This document shows, in pieces, positions 14,301-29,300 of a stretch of 64,000 bases of DNA (positions are counted from its first letter, which is position 1; the number at the start of each line of letters is the position of its first letter). A program made the translations under genes and the position numbers. The notes under the pieces are model-generated. The model saw only the letters and a program-made list of their open reading frames with translations, was not told where the DNA came from and did no database searches. The stretch covers positions 22,382,001-22,446,000 of the forward strand of contig OZ004613.1 of the NCBI GenBank assembly GCA_963924565.1, given 5' to 3'. This stretch comes from Ascidiella aspersa. Lineage: Eukaryota.

Positions 14301-17300
14301 GGGCATACTTGCTGAGCGAGGCTATGTTAGAAATGTTGCAATTTCGCGACCCTAATACTCGGTTTAATGAGACGTTGATGAAAAGGTTAGTATAACGCAA
14401 ACATTATTGCCTGCCTATAGTAAAAACATTCTTTAGATATACAAAGAGCTATAGCATGTTAATAGGCATTTGCCGTGCTACCACTTTGCTGCAAAGCGTT
14501 TTAAGCATTTCTCGTCTGTAATAAAAAATGCATTGGCGCCTGGGATCCGCCGTCTCCTGGTAATGAGTCTTCGGATCTGAGATTATGTGGCCCTTCGTGT
14601 CGAAAAGGGGGTAACGCGATAGGACGGTTTCCCCAGTTATGTACGTCACAATTTGAAATAACAAATTACACGTGTCGTTTGCGGATTTGCCGCGGTCGTA
14701 ACTCAGGCCTGGGCTGATCCATCACTGGGATTGCGCCAGTCTGGCGGGGTCGTCAAACTAACACTGTTCCGATTTTTGCGGTCATGCACGACTTGTTGAA
14801 AAATCGTCTGCAATGCTTTATCATTAGGGGCGTTCGACGCACGTCATTCAAAACAATATAATCTATTGATTACAAATGCTTGTTTTAAAATTTCAGATAT
14901 TAAAATATAAAATTATGATTGCCTTTTTAGGGTATCCGTAACAAAAAAACATCGAGGGTACAGAACAACAACGCGATGTTTACTTTCAAAAGTGTTAAAT
15001 ATTTTTAATAGGTCAGCACAAATGCTATATACTAATATTTAACTAGTATTGAACGTAACTTTTGATAGATCAATTAAAGCTTATGTCCTTGCATCGCCTA
15101 CTATTTTTTATCGCTGACTGTAGGTTTCACTTTCCACAGCCTTGAACTATTCGGACAGCAAACGATTGTACATCATTTAGGAGCTAGGAAATTCAATCCG
15201 TGCTCAACGATATGGCTTGAAACTTTCCTCTTCAAAGGCTACGTTTGCGGACCTTATCAGTTTACATAGTTACGCTAGGCGCCTTAGCAGACACCCTGTC
15301 TCGCACGCCAATCCCGAATTTCAATAGACCAGCGAACACGGCCAATGTTGGATCAGTCAGCTTTTTTTCAATCACGTTTTGTGCTTTTTCGCACTTCGGT
15401 AGTAAAATCTATTTAGGCGTATTGAGGATGCTCTTAGGATATCTTTTTGCGACCTATTCAAATACATCCGGCATATCACTGTTCAAACTGTTTAAAAATT
15501 TTGGCAGCTTTGATTTTCACTAGGAAGCGTTAAAATGGAATTTAAATAAAACTGGCGAACGGGAAGTCAGTTGATGTTTTTAAACGTTATAGATAACTGG
15601 GCGTATTTTCCACAAAATATATACGCAGATATATACAAGGTGGCTTTGGAAATTGTGAAAACCTTTCAAAACTGAACATTTAACAGTAACCTGGATATTC
15701 AAAACAGGTCGTATAAACCGGTCTTCGTCGATTATATTTCCTAATTTGCCAGTTTCATGTACGCATGTCTAATACCACAGGCTCGCGCGAACTCACCAAG
15801 TCTAGGTGAATTGCTGTCTAGCTGACAGAACGTGTCCACGCGGTAATATGACGTTCGTTGATTCCGCGGTTGTGTGTTGTGAAACGTAATTAACAATCCG
15901 CCCCAAACATTGTGGCGAGATTTGTTTTGTGTTTTCTAGGTAGCATCCAATTGCTTTCAGTTGTTCAGGTATATACCATTCCGAAAGCGTTGGGTGTGTT
16001 TTCTGTAGCCTTATTTTGTTAAATAATTGCTTGCAGTGGTGGTACCTCTTAGGCTACATGGTTTTGGCCCTGAGTGGTATTCGAAACGCATTTTTTGGTT
16101 TCGATTCAATGGTAACAATAAAAGATTCGAACAAGGCAAGCAAATATCGGCGAAATGTTTTTTTAACTTATGGAATTTTTCCAACAAGATTAAATCAGGA
16201 CCGCTATAGGTTTAGATTTGTAAATATTGTGTTGTTTGGTCTTTACAAATAAAGATACAGGTTATCGGGCCTGATTTTAGATACACGTTAAGTTAATTTA
16301 AACAAATTACATTTCGGCTAGAGTGTTGTGCAAAGCCCTTATGTTTTCCATACGTTTAAGGTGTAACAGTGATTGTGGGCGCATTTTATCCGCGGAACAG
16401 TCGCAGGCAAGATAATGCACATTTCGGGAGCGCTACGGCAATCCTTAAAGTGCGTCCAAAAACCGCCAGACGGCAAAACAGTTTACGAACTTGCTTTAAA
16501 GTCGGCAGCGGCCCGGCAGGTGGTCGTATCGCGATGTCGCCGGCCCAACGACCGGTTAATGCGTCACTCAAAACGTTGCCAATCGGCAGACGACAACAAG
16601 CAAGTCGGTTGCGGCGACCTGATATCAAGCGTCGTTGTTTAGTCTCGGCCATTGCGCATATTTTGTGCGCAGCCGTGGCCGACTAAATGATACACGGTGA
16701 TGAATTAAAGGCTGCCCAAAACGCTTTCGTTTGTTCTCTTTTTTGATTTTAACCTACATTATTACGGTTTATTGGTAAATGCGGGAAATTCTTGCAATTC
16801 GAGAAATTCTGTACGTTTTGTGTTATTGTTTTTTCAATAACAGCAGTAGACAGTGGTGTATTTCCAGTTGGGCCGCCGTTCCGGTACGACACGTCCCGAT
16901 GGTCGTGTCACGTGCCAGCATAAACCTGTGTGACGTAACAACGCCATGTTTGCGGTTAGTGACGTCACAGTTTCGACAGGCGTTGATTTAATTTGCCGAT
17001 AACATATGTTTCCTAAACATTTTTTAAATTGGCGGAGATGTTGTTTATATTGCTACTATCGTCGAATACATAAGCTCAACTCTGTATTTGTATTACCCAA
17101 AATGTAAATTCGTGTATTTGCTCTTTTCTGAGTTAACCATAAAAACAATTCGGCCCTACGTTGTTAAATATGCGCGTTAAATGCCTAGTTAATGTGCTGG
17201 CATTAATGGTTGGTAATCAAAACGCTTCTCGACTATTCTCCATCGTGGTATTTCTTGTTAACAAAAAAGTATTGGCCTTTATCTTGAAACAATCTAATCT

Positions 17301-20300
17301 TGATATGAGCAACACCGAGTAGAAACAACCACAAATTTCCCTCTAAAGTTTACGAACTTCATAACTGTAATTCCGGGTGGAAGAGGATGTTATCCAAAGA
17401 GGATATATTTTACGTCAATTTTTAACGTGGTTAATAAATACAATAAAAGTGTATGAGGTACCCTGAAACGCGTGCGGCGTAATTCATTAAAATCAGTTAT
17501 CCGACTTTTTGGGCCGGCGCTGAATATACAATAAGAACAACAAATAATTGCATTTCATTTTGCAATGTATTGAAGGATCAGGTTTTGCTACTAGATGACA
17601 CAGGCTTTACGAACTTTGGCTATTATCGTCCCATTACCAGCACAGCAGTATAGATAAACATGGTGATACGGAAGATTACGACGTGCCGATTGGCATCTGA
17701 CACCTCTTGGTATTAACAACTGTTCATCTCCTGCTATAGACTCGAGCTTTGCATGAAATATCAGTTGTTTGTTTTGTGTATATCAAACTATCGAAAAAAT
17801 AACTGCTTTAGAGACCTCAATCATTTTGCATTTCTTTTTAAGGTTTTTGTTACAGTCCAAATTTGCTTGGAACTGTTTTCCTTGCAAGTGCAAAATAACG
17901 TTTAACCAACAAACCATAAGATCAACGCGATGATATGCCTAATACCCCATTATTGGCCGCTGATCCAAGCGATTATTTCTTTTAATCTTTCATGTGATCT
18001 TTGCCTAGACGTGTGATTAAGATATCATCGCTAAATCAGCTCGTACAAGTATTTTGAAAACCATACATTACGGTTTTACCTATATCTTAGTGTTAGTTTC
18101 TTATCCTTTTAATGAACTCTGGCTGCATAACATAAAAAGGCGGGACAAATTAACTTAAAATGCCAAGCAAGGCGAAATGCAAAGCAAGGAATTTATGTTG
18201 CGTGCTTGCGTTTAGCGTAGAAAAAAAGAAAATGTTTATGCTTAGTCATAATCTGCTTGACCCCATTATGTTTTGCTCACTATTAAAATTACCATACCCG
18301 GCTGCTACCACCTCAAGCCGATAAACCACACTATATGGGCACCCAGGAGTGACTGTACTACCCAAACTTGATTTATTGTCTATTTTAACTATACGTAAAT
18401 ACGCGAATCTAATTTACGTTTCTAGCAAGATAAGCCTGTATTGTTAAATGTTTTATGGCTTCTTGCATCTTATCGCACCCTCGAAAATAAAAGTGTTGGC
18501 AATTTAAACGATTTAAAGGCGCCCTTTCGCTTTGCGCGAATTGATAACTCTTGTTAATGTATAGTTTTGTATTATAAAAGCATCAACTCTCCAGCTGGCT
18601 GGATTCTTTAGCGTTAAACTATAACAAAATACACGAACTGTTTGGTGTTCTTAAAGTTACTTCTTTATGACGCCAAGCTACAACGAAGCCTCAATGACTT
18701 TGTGACGTCACAAAGCTACGATGACTTTGTTACCTCACGTTATAACGTAGATTTGTAGCCTTCCCGTTTGACGTTTTTCAAGGCCCCCTCCAAAGAAAAA
18801 TCCTTGATCCTGAGCCATGATTCCTGAGACATATGAATACATACAAATTCCTAAAGTTATTTTTGTCAGTATTTTACAGCACGTTTGTGTGCGGTGCAAC
18901 TGTTTTGTTTAGTAAAACTGTAGGCGGTCGTGCAACGTTCTACGTGATGCTTAGCGCAATCCGTAGCCCACCAGGCCTAAAAGCAAGTTAAATTGTACCT
19001 CAATGGCCTATTTTTAGCGCAAAAGCCCTTGCCACAAACCGTGAAAATTGCTCGAAACACGAGGAACAGTACGGCCATTATACAAGAACGTAAGGTATTC
19101 CAGGATCGTGTCAGGGCGATTTGTTTATTTGTTTACCGCATCCATATGGGCGCAGGTTAACGTGATTAAACATCGTGTGTGCGTAATGCCATAGGCCTCC
19201 GGGTTGGGCGCGGTAAAAAATGACGTTGCACATAAAAAGGATACCGAAAACCTGGCAACAAAAGCACACTTTGCAATGATTTAGGCGTTTTCAGGGGATT
19301 ACTTTATAGATAACCAATCCTTTATCTCCTAAAGAATAATTGCCTATCAACATTTTTTTCTGTTACTTAGTAATTTTTAAACCAACCGAACAAGCTACAT
19401 TTGGCTATAAGTTGAACGAACTTGGCACGTTGTATGTTGAAATGAACCCTAAAAAAGTAATGTTTTTATTCCTTGTCACAGATCCATGCGTGAAAGTGCT
19501 TACTGGTAAGGAACACGTAAAAATTACGCTTGTAAAGATAAGGAAACAATTGCACTATTCCCTGCCAAGTATGAAATTTCTCAGAAATGTTTTCAAAGGA
19601 AGGCCTCATGATAGATCCCCTTTTATAAAAATAAGAGCAGGAGCCATAAGTACAGTAAACTGTAAATTAAAGCAATCGAAGCCTAAAAACAGATTGACAA
19701 CGCATTGAAGTTGGTGCAAAATGCTACATTTGATTAACACAAATCCAATTCAAGTTCATATCCCGAAATCTTGACCATCCTCATTGCGAAGAGCAGCGGT
19801 TTTATGATGAGTATTTAAATCCCATTCGCAGTTACGCAATTTAACGCAATTGCAGGGATAATGGCATACTGCGGTAATAATTGTCGTAAAGCGAAAGCAT
19901 TAAGGCATAGCTAGCATCTCGTAAGAGATTATCTGTATGGAAAAGATGTTTGGGTTCCTTTGGGTTTGCAATAATGTGACAAGATAATGAAAATTATGGT
20001 TAATTTCAAACCATGTCAATCATAGGATTATATATATAAAAGAGAGAGAAAGAGTGGAATCAATTCCTGTGCCCCGTGTAAATGTTACTTTAAAGATAAG
20101 TTAATTTTTGCTATTCGTCGTTTAAAGCACCTCATACTCTTGTCAAAATTATCCCCTCTAAATTTTGAAATTACCCATTGGGGGTAATTATCCCCAGGTG
20201 AAAAAACACTTGCCCATGTCATCTTAATTATGTCAGTACCATACAACTATAACTGTTTTTCTTATTCAAATCAACACCGCCTCAAACATGCTAAATTTGT

Positions 20301-23300
20301 TCAGTATACTTGTACCGGTTCACGACGACGTTAAAAGCCCGCTTTTTTTCAGAACGTTGGAATGCTGTTGGACGCCGATCGTGGATCACTATTTCTTGTG
20401 CGCGAGAAAGGCGGCGAGAAGTATCTTGTCAGTCGACTGTTTGATGTAAATAAGGTAAATGAGTGTTTGTTAAAACATACAATAGGCCTTTGCAAGGGAT
20501 TGACATTCAGATGATAACCTAAATCAGTGCTTTCCAACCCGGGGGATGGTACGCACTTGCGGATGAAAAAAAATTGTAATGCGGATGACAAGCGTCGTGC
20601 GAATGAATATGCGTATGGAAATGGTGCATATTATTATTTTTTTATTATGTGTAATACAGTAATCAAGTAAGCTGGTGCGCCCAGTTACAGGTACAGTAAT
20701 ATATTACAGGAACAGTAATATAGTATCTCAGCGGTTCATTGCAGCTTAAGCTAACTATTTTATATCGGCCAAGGCTTAAGCACACGGTTTTAATACACAA
20801 ACCCTTTCATTGTTATTTCACAAATAAAACTAAAGGTTGCAAACTTACTGTGCTTGTTTCGTGCGGATGAAATTTTCCGAAATAAAAAGTGCGGATGGAA
20901 ATTTTACAGGTTGGAAAGCACTGACCTAAATGATAAAATTTGTTTCTGATGAAAGTTAAATACAATTACTGACTTTCATTACCTTCAAATTAAGTACAGT
21001 CAAAAGATTCGAGTTTCTTAGAAAAAACTTCCTAACTGGTATTGATACTTTCTTCAGGAAATTTGGGTTTTGAAAAGCTGATAACATAAACGGCCATAAA
21101 CAAGGTTAAGGTTGATAATAGAGTTGGTACGGTAACACTGTTAAACAAACTTACAGCTTTTTTCTGAAATATTTTGTAATTAAAAACTTATTTACATATA
21201 TCTTGAAATAGCGATGGAAGAAGACTGCTATAAACATTTTATAGTTTTGACAAGCTGTTAATGGTAAGTGAGGATGCCTTAAAAGTGTAACTTCAATAAA
21301 ATATTTTTTCACTACAATTTTCTAAAATTATTAATAAAAACATTATTGGAAGAATGCCGCGGGCCGGAATTGCCCTCGTAGTTTGCCCAGATCTTCTATA
21401 TAAGCCATATTTCACTTTGTCTATTGATTTTATCAAAAATTATTCCAGTCAGCAAGTACTGCTTTGTTATGCTCACAAGCAATTATTGATTCTCGTCCAA
21501 ATTAGTGACGCAAATAAACTTTAAATACAAGAGCCATGACGTATTGCTATAGTTATTTGCCATGTTCTTCGGTTAATGAGGTGGTTATATCTAAAAATAG
21601 TTCGTTAGATCTAAAAAAAATAATCATAAAAGTTGTGCGTTGCAAATTATGTTCATTTTTAGATTTGAGGTCCACGGTGTTAATAACAATTTAAATCAAA
21701 ACTGAGAATGTTTTTTTTTTCCGACTCGTTTTAAAAATACATTCGTGAACAACTCACCCAAGCTTCATAGGTTGGATATTGGTCACATGCTTAGCATCAG
21801 TTGGGACTAACTTATCCGATATCCATTATTCTGACATTCAACTTTAAAAAGCTTATTGAAAGTGACAAGACATATTTCGTAAATAAATTTCATTTTGAAT
21901 TATGCGATTTGGTGGTTGTAACGCTTAAATTTAAATCGATCACCTCTTACAGTACATATTCTTTTTCTGAATTTATAAAAAGGCAACACTGTATTTTATA
22001 CAAAAGACTCGACAATTTTCTATCTTTCTGAACGTAACCAGTGTATCCATGATATACCCGAAGTTTAATGCATAAACAGAATGGAAAACCCAAATTAAAA
22101 AAAATGAAATTCTAATTTGTAAATTTATTATCGGGCGTAACTAAAATGATTGACCCTTTCTTAAAGTTACGGTCTCGCGGATTTTCAGTTCTCAAATATA
22201 GAAAGTCTGTTGCAATATTTGACGCGAAAACTATAAATGCTTATTTAATTTTCTGTTGCAAAAATATATTGTCGAACCGCACGTGTTGGGCAACAGATTA
22301 ATTATTTTTCGTGGTTTGTGACAAAACACTTTGTGGGATCTTGTACTGCATGGTCATTTGGTTTCAGGAATCGACGTTAGAAGACAACGTTGTCAAGTCA
22401 AACGAAATTCGTATCAATTTTGGTCAGGGCATCGCAGGGATAGTTGCACTGACCGGAAAAACCTTAAACATTCCAGACGCATACATGGTAAGTAGCCGTC
22501 TATTTCTAAATCTTTAAACTAGTTTTATATGATATATAACTAATGGAAATCAAGCGACACCAGGTATAGGTTAAAAGTTACACAAAGAGCATTTACAATC
22601 ATTTGTCCTTAGAAAATTTATTTTTATACGATTAAACTTCCTTATCGCTATACCTTCTTTTTTGCAGGACAAACGTTTCAACCAAAACATTGACAATCAG
22701 ACCGGCTACAAAACCCGCTGCATACTCTGCATGCCAATTAAGGACCAAGGAAAAAGAGTAAGAATCTTTTTCACGAGATTGAATATTTGAAGTGCATTAA
22801 AGCTGCATGAGTATTGTGAAAGTAAAAAGTTGTGTGTTTGTATTTACAATAACCACCTCCAACAACAGCATTTAAATAATGCTTTTAATTCAATGAATAA
22901 AATAGAAGCTCCCGGTATTTAAACCTATTGATATGAAATGTTGTTGACAAGTAAATACACTGATAAGAAAGAAATAATATATATAGGCGACTGCGTGCTT
23001 TTTTTTCTTATTGGTTAAAAAAAGTTTTCAAATGGATTAAGTGGAGAAAAAGTGTCCCCCAGTACTGCATATATCACTTCGAAACATCCCTAATAAAGCT
23101 CGATATACTAACAATGAATCTATGCAATTGGACAAAGAGGGTACAATGCATGATGATAAGTGTGTCATTTGCTCCTAACACGACCAAACTTTAACTTTTA
23201 AAATGACGACAGCCCGAACAATGGTTTATTTGTACAGTCCATTGTTGGACATTGTTTGACTTAATATATACTTTATTAGACGAGTAGGTTGTCGGACGTT

Positions 23301-26300
23301 ATTTGACAAGTGCTTTATGTGGTCAATCTTTGCCAACGTTGTTAACGTTTGATCAGCTTAAACAAACGTCATTGGTTGATGTTTGTATGGGCTTGTTACA
23401 CCTGTCAGTTGTAAAACATTTTAGACCAAGGTAATATATTATTTTTCCAAGTAGTCGATATTTCGAATAAATTGTAGAAGTGGGAATAAATTAACGAAAG
23501 ATTGCCATGACGTTTCATTCGTTTATTGATTTCATATGTTTTTTTTATATCCATGCATAATTGCATATACCATACGAAAATCGATACTTAAGCATCGAAT
23601 GTGTACCTTTAATTAAAACTAAAGCTATAGAAAAATATTTCTTATTTGAATCTATTTTAAAACTTATGGACACTATTTGTAACAAAATGCAATCATGACA
23701 AATATAACTTTCACGTCTCATAATTTGTTTTCCTCGTGGCACAAAGAAGATAATACCAAAACAAGGCTTTTTACTAACAATTTTAAGAAAAGGGAAATCC
23801 CTATCTCGGTTTAGTTTTCTATTCAATTTCCTGTAGAAACAAATTTCAGCCCGTAGGCGTACTGTTTTTTTTTGCACGACGTAGGCCTACTGAACAGCAA
23901 TGAAATTATGATGTTTGCTAGGGCGAATAAACTCGTCTGTACCGATATCGACCGGCGCCTTGCTCCTAGGCCCTGATCTAATTTCGCACTGCCCTACTGA
24001 AGACGCAGCAATTTTGTCGTTTGAAAAGCCCCTTGCTTAAAGGATTTGCATTGCCGTTGTATGTTGCCTTAAGGCTCAAGCCAAGGCCCGGATATATCTT
24101 TGCTGTTGTGCTCTCAACCCGGGGGTACGATCGATTTGCCGGATTATTTTCAACACGCGATTAATAGAATCGAGTGTCCACTCTAGGGTTTATGTCTGTT
24201 AAGTGACCCGTCCTTCACTGACCAGTCCATTTGCGAAACCCATGGTCGCGTTTTGTTTACTGATCGGTTAATTGTCTTTTCGCAGCGGTTTAAGACAAGG
24301 GTTCAAGTAATCGACAATCGACGTATTGTTTCACATTCTAGTAGCAAAGCATTACCACCTTTTTCACAAAACACATTAAAACTTAAAGAATATACCAAAT
24401 TTGTTGGCTAGGTAATACCTTGTCACTGGTACATAGCGTGCATTAATTTGTTTTGAACGTATAAGCTAACACTAATGACAATTTTCGATTTGCAGCACCA
24501 TACCACTATAATCACAAAAAAGACACAAAATAGTCCATGTTTTGGAGCATAATGGTTGGAGTTAAAGGTTGTATTAAGACGTAGTAAGAATATCAAAACC
24601 CATACTAGTATAGGTAGCATTTTGAATGTTTCGAATATCTCGAATAAAGCCATGTTTTCGTTTTGGCATCATTTTCGACTACGACTTTTCGTTTCAGATT
24701 GTTGGAGTGGCACAGGTGATTAACAAGAGGGAAGGCTCCTTCACGAAAAAGGACGAGAAGATATTCGCCTCTTACCTAGGCTTCTGCGGCATCGCGATCC
24801 ACAACGCACAGATATTCGAAAAGATTCAGTTGGAAAATAGAAGAAACGAGGTATATGGCCGAAGGACACAAGGCAAACCGTATTGTCTGCGCTGGGTTTA
24901 TTTTGGAGTCTTTTTGATTCTTCGTTTCAAATCTTCGTACCACGGGTAAAAGTAGAATACTATTTTTTGCTGGAACGATGAAAATTTTTTCTACCGCAAC
25001 GCATTCAAACTTTCAGAGATGACGTCACAAAGTTACGTCATAACGGAACGTCTAAGAGAAGTAACTTTATGAAACCTTAGTTTAACGTTCGTCGTAGTTC
25101 ACAAAACTAAAATCTTAGTTTAAATACATTTAAGGAGATGGCGTGATGGCCTAGTGATAGAGGGACGTACAGGGAACAAAAATATTTGTTTCGTACACAC
25201 ATTTTGTTTTTACCGGAACCGTTCCGGCTTACTTGTAACCCTGATTAAAAAAAACTGTGTGCCTTACTGTACTCAATTTCCGTCTAAAACCGGCAACCTC
25301 TGACATTCAATTATATAAACAAGTTATGTTGGACAAAAAACTGCGACTCCTGGTCCGATGCTAAACGACGTCAAAAGGAAATTGATGAGATTACAACATT
25401 TATTGGTAGTTTTCCTCCGTATTAGTCGAGAATTTTAAAGTCGTTTGCTAAATTACTAGTTTTTGATAAATGTTGAAACCGCTGCTTTGGACCACACAAA
25501 CGATAACTATGGGTTGGGCAACCCTATACTACTCAAGTATCGGCGAGTACCGATATTGTCACTCGACATCGGTAAGGACTTTCCTAAATCCCTCCAAGCA
25601 GTGTTGTTCGCCAATTTGCTGGCATCAACCAGTTTACAATAAAATATTGACTTCGGGCGCCGGTGTTGCGAAAGTTTTCGAATAGTCCCGATTACCAGGT
25701 TTGGCAACACGACCTAATGTAAACGTCACTGGACATTAATCCACATCAAATATACATAAGAGTTCTCCACACTCGCGGACCCACGTGCATATATGCACGC
25801 TTTGAATTGCTGAAACTCAAGTTTCGAGTTAACCTCCACTAGAGTGCTGTTCAAATATTGACGTGTCCCACAATTGAAGAACCACAATCGAAGGTCTTTC
25901 ATTCGCTAGTCGACTAGGCTCGTATAAATGCAAAACAGTCATTGAATGATAAACCTTAATTAAATAATTGATTTACGAAGACTAACGTAAATCATTTTAG
26001 TATGTACACTTTCCGATTAATATTTTCGTGGAACAGGCACAGCTCCATTTAAATCGGTAGAAAAACTAAATACATTATTTTTTTTCTTCGCGTTGTTACC
26101 TTTCGGTTTTAAATCTTTAGAACAGAGTCCAAGTTTACAAGTAGGCTGATTCGCATACTAACAGTTGGATAAGTTCCCAAAATTTGTTAGCATGCAGATT
26201 TAAAATGACAAAAGTTGTAAATTAAATAACTTGTGTAAATGCTTTCTTGCCGCATGAATTTCCCAAAATCAGCAAACTTATTGATAAATGGGATATCCAA

Positions 26301-29300
26301 AGACGTATTATCTTTAATGCGGTATTAGTCGTATACACGCGGTATAATATAATCGGGAGAGTTAAGGACCACAATGAAAATAGGAGGTAAACGAAAATAC
26401 ACTGAGTTTGCAAAACTTGAAACGACTTCACTATTTGTATAAGCTGTGTTTTAATGTCACATGAAAATGTTTCTTAAAAGTTTACATTTATTTCAAACAT
26501 CCGGACCACTTTACCAAATTGACATATTCACATCCTGTATTGCCTTAGCACAGAACTGTATGACTCTTGTCGTACAAAATCCAAAAAATAATTTTATCGG
26601 TACATACTAAAAAAAGTGCTCTGTGTAAACAGAGAAACTAAACACCCCAAGCAAACTATTTTTTTATATTTGCTCTCACTCTTCGCATATTGCAGGTCCT
26701 CCTCGATTTGGCAAGGGTGCTCTTCGAGGAACAAAGCTCGCTCTCGGTCGTTATGAAAACCATCCTCACCCACACGACGTCACTACTCGGCTGCGACAGG
26801 GCTTCCATCTTGCTGGCCGACCCCAACAAACCGGGCAGTAAGTAAAACATCCTATCCTTATTTGAGCTTGGGATTCAAGTGCACCGCCTAATTGCCAGGC
26901 TTTTATCGTGTTTGAAAGTGACAGGTGCACTTAGAGTGTAGCAGAATAAACATGAGCCCTTACACTTGGCCATGTGTTACCCGAAGCTCTGTTTGCTCTT
27001 CTGACGCAAACGCCAAGTAATTTGATTACAATTTCGAACTTTGCCCAGTAACGCTTAGCGGCCTGTTGTACGCTGGTTTAAGATCAGAGCCAAGGGGCAG
27101 TATGTCATGTAGTTGGCATTGTTTCGTTTCACACTGTGTCAACTTTGTTTGTCACCCCGGCGATTTGAACTTCTATCCTAATTCACTTTATATATTGTTT
27201 AATTAGGAGTTTGTCTGGATGTTAGCTTTAGCATAATTACTACACCGTACACATTACAAAACACGAGATACATTACATTATACGTTTACCATTTTAATCG
27301 TAGTTTAGGGTAAACGTACGATTGGTGGACTAATTTTGTATTTTAGATTTAAGGGTTACGTTTATATAGACTAAATGCAGTTTTACTAATGTAAAATTGT
27401 CATTAATATTAAAATTATATATTTTTTCTAAGTCGTTATTTATTTATCAATGTTTTTTGTTGTATATCTGGCAATCTACTGTAGTTATATTGACAATTTA
27501 ACACGTGATATCAAGAAAAGTGTAAAAACAAAAACTCGTTCATGCTGATCTAACGTAAAGCTATGACATGCCCAAAATGATTTTGCAGCAGTGAAGCTCC
27601 ATGCATTGTTATATTGCTGTAAAATTTGAAAGTTAATTTACCTATATAGCAGTAGTTCCCAAACTTTTTTGGCTCGCGGTACGCTAAACAAATATTTCAC
27701 GGCACGCTTTTACCAGAACAACAATAGAGTAATTTTACAATCGCCCTTAACACACGACAAACGATATGTAAATGTCTCAAAATTGTGAATTTGTAATGAA
27801 TAGTGCGTATTTAAGTCTAAAATACTTGCGTGTATGCCTATCGGTAATACAAATACTCTCTTTCCCAAAATTACCAAAGTTTCGCGGCACACTTGGCAAT
27901 CTCTCGAGGCGCGGCACACAGTTTGGGAATCACTGACCTATAGTATCCATAACTTATGAATCATAAGTATTATTATTATTACTCGCAGAGCCCTTTACCC
28001 AAACCTTCGAGCATCTTTCTGATCAAGCCGCACTCGAAAGCAAGCTAAATGAGATTGGTGGAAATGAGGGAAAGCGAAAGGTTCCCTTCAACATCGCAAT
28101 CACATCTTTCGTTCGCCAAACCGGACAAGTAAGCTCTTTGAGGTGTATGTAGTTTCAACCGCCTTTAGCAAGCATTGGTTTCGCGCATCAAACGGCAAAA
28201 AAGACGATGTCAACGTTTACTTAACTCCTGTAAAATGGTTTAGGAAATCTTGCAAAACTCTTCCGACCATTATCAAACGGAACACAGTGTTTCCTTCAGA
28301 AATTTAATCCGCTAGTTTACCATACGCTTAATTAGATTGTCTATTACTTATTTTTTGTATGGCCTCCATACGACCCCCTAAGGCAGTGGTTCCCAAACTT
28401 TTTAATTCCGTGGCCTAATTTTTTTCTTAAAACTGTTTGTGGCCCACAATGTGCCGTTACCTTTTTGTAACTCCAATTTACGCCTACATCGTCGAACAAT
28501 TTCTCAATAAATACATTGATTCTAACAACATCGAAATAATCCTTTTTTAGTTCCGGTTCATTTTTAGATTGGAAAAAAATATCTGGATGACAACAAGCTG
28601 AATTTAAAATAAACTGACGTGCTAACTGCGTAGAGAAACAAAACATATGTCGTGAGATTTTACCTTTACGTATATATAGTTCACAAATAGCCGAAAAATG
28701 GCCTCGTTCCTATTATAGTTTTAAATATGCTAAAAGCTATTTTCGTAAACATAACTTATTTAGTTGCAATATTTTCAAATAGCTCTATGGCCCAATGAAA
28801 ATAATTCGTGGCCCACAGTTTGGGAACCACTGCCCTAAGGCATGTCCTCAAAAAATGAGTTTTAAGACATTTCATCTCTAATTTTTTGTCAAATTTATAT
28901 TGCATTATCCTTTTTTTTCTCAAAGAGACAAAAACGTGAGTATAACAGCAGTATTTATATTTTTGCCTAAATATGTTATATATTATATAACCCTTATTTA
29001 AAATACAGTACCTTATTGGACAAAGACGTCGTATAGCCTAGAAAATTATCGATACTTTCGCGAAAAAGAAGATGCAGCTACAATACAGTTCACAAAAAAC
29101 AGGGAAACTAAAAAAAATGAGGCGCCAGCGAAATTTTATCGAGCCAATGTTAAACACTTGAACCAGGGTCGAATACACATCCGCAACAGAGTAGTTCACT
29201 GAATAGAACACCCAAAGTAAATGGTGGCTGCTGGCTGCTGGCTCATTACACAAAAAGGTCACCAATGTCAGGACAATACCACGTGCATAAAAAAACAAGA

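Noticed and set aside
16369-16686. GC-rich island with three overlapping ORFs in PDE intron 3; possible alternative first exon
   Set aside because: Only weak donor sites and no homology; cannot be supported without transcripts.
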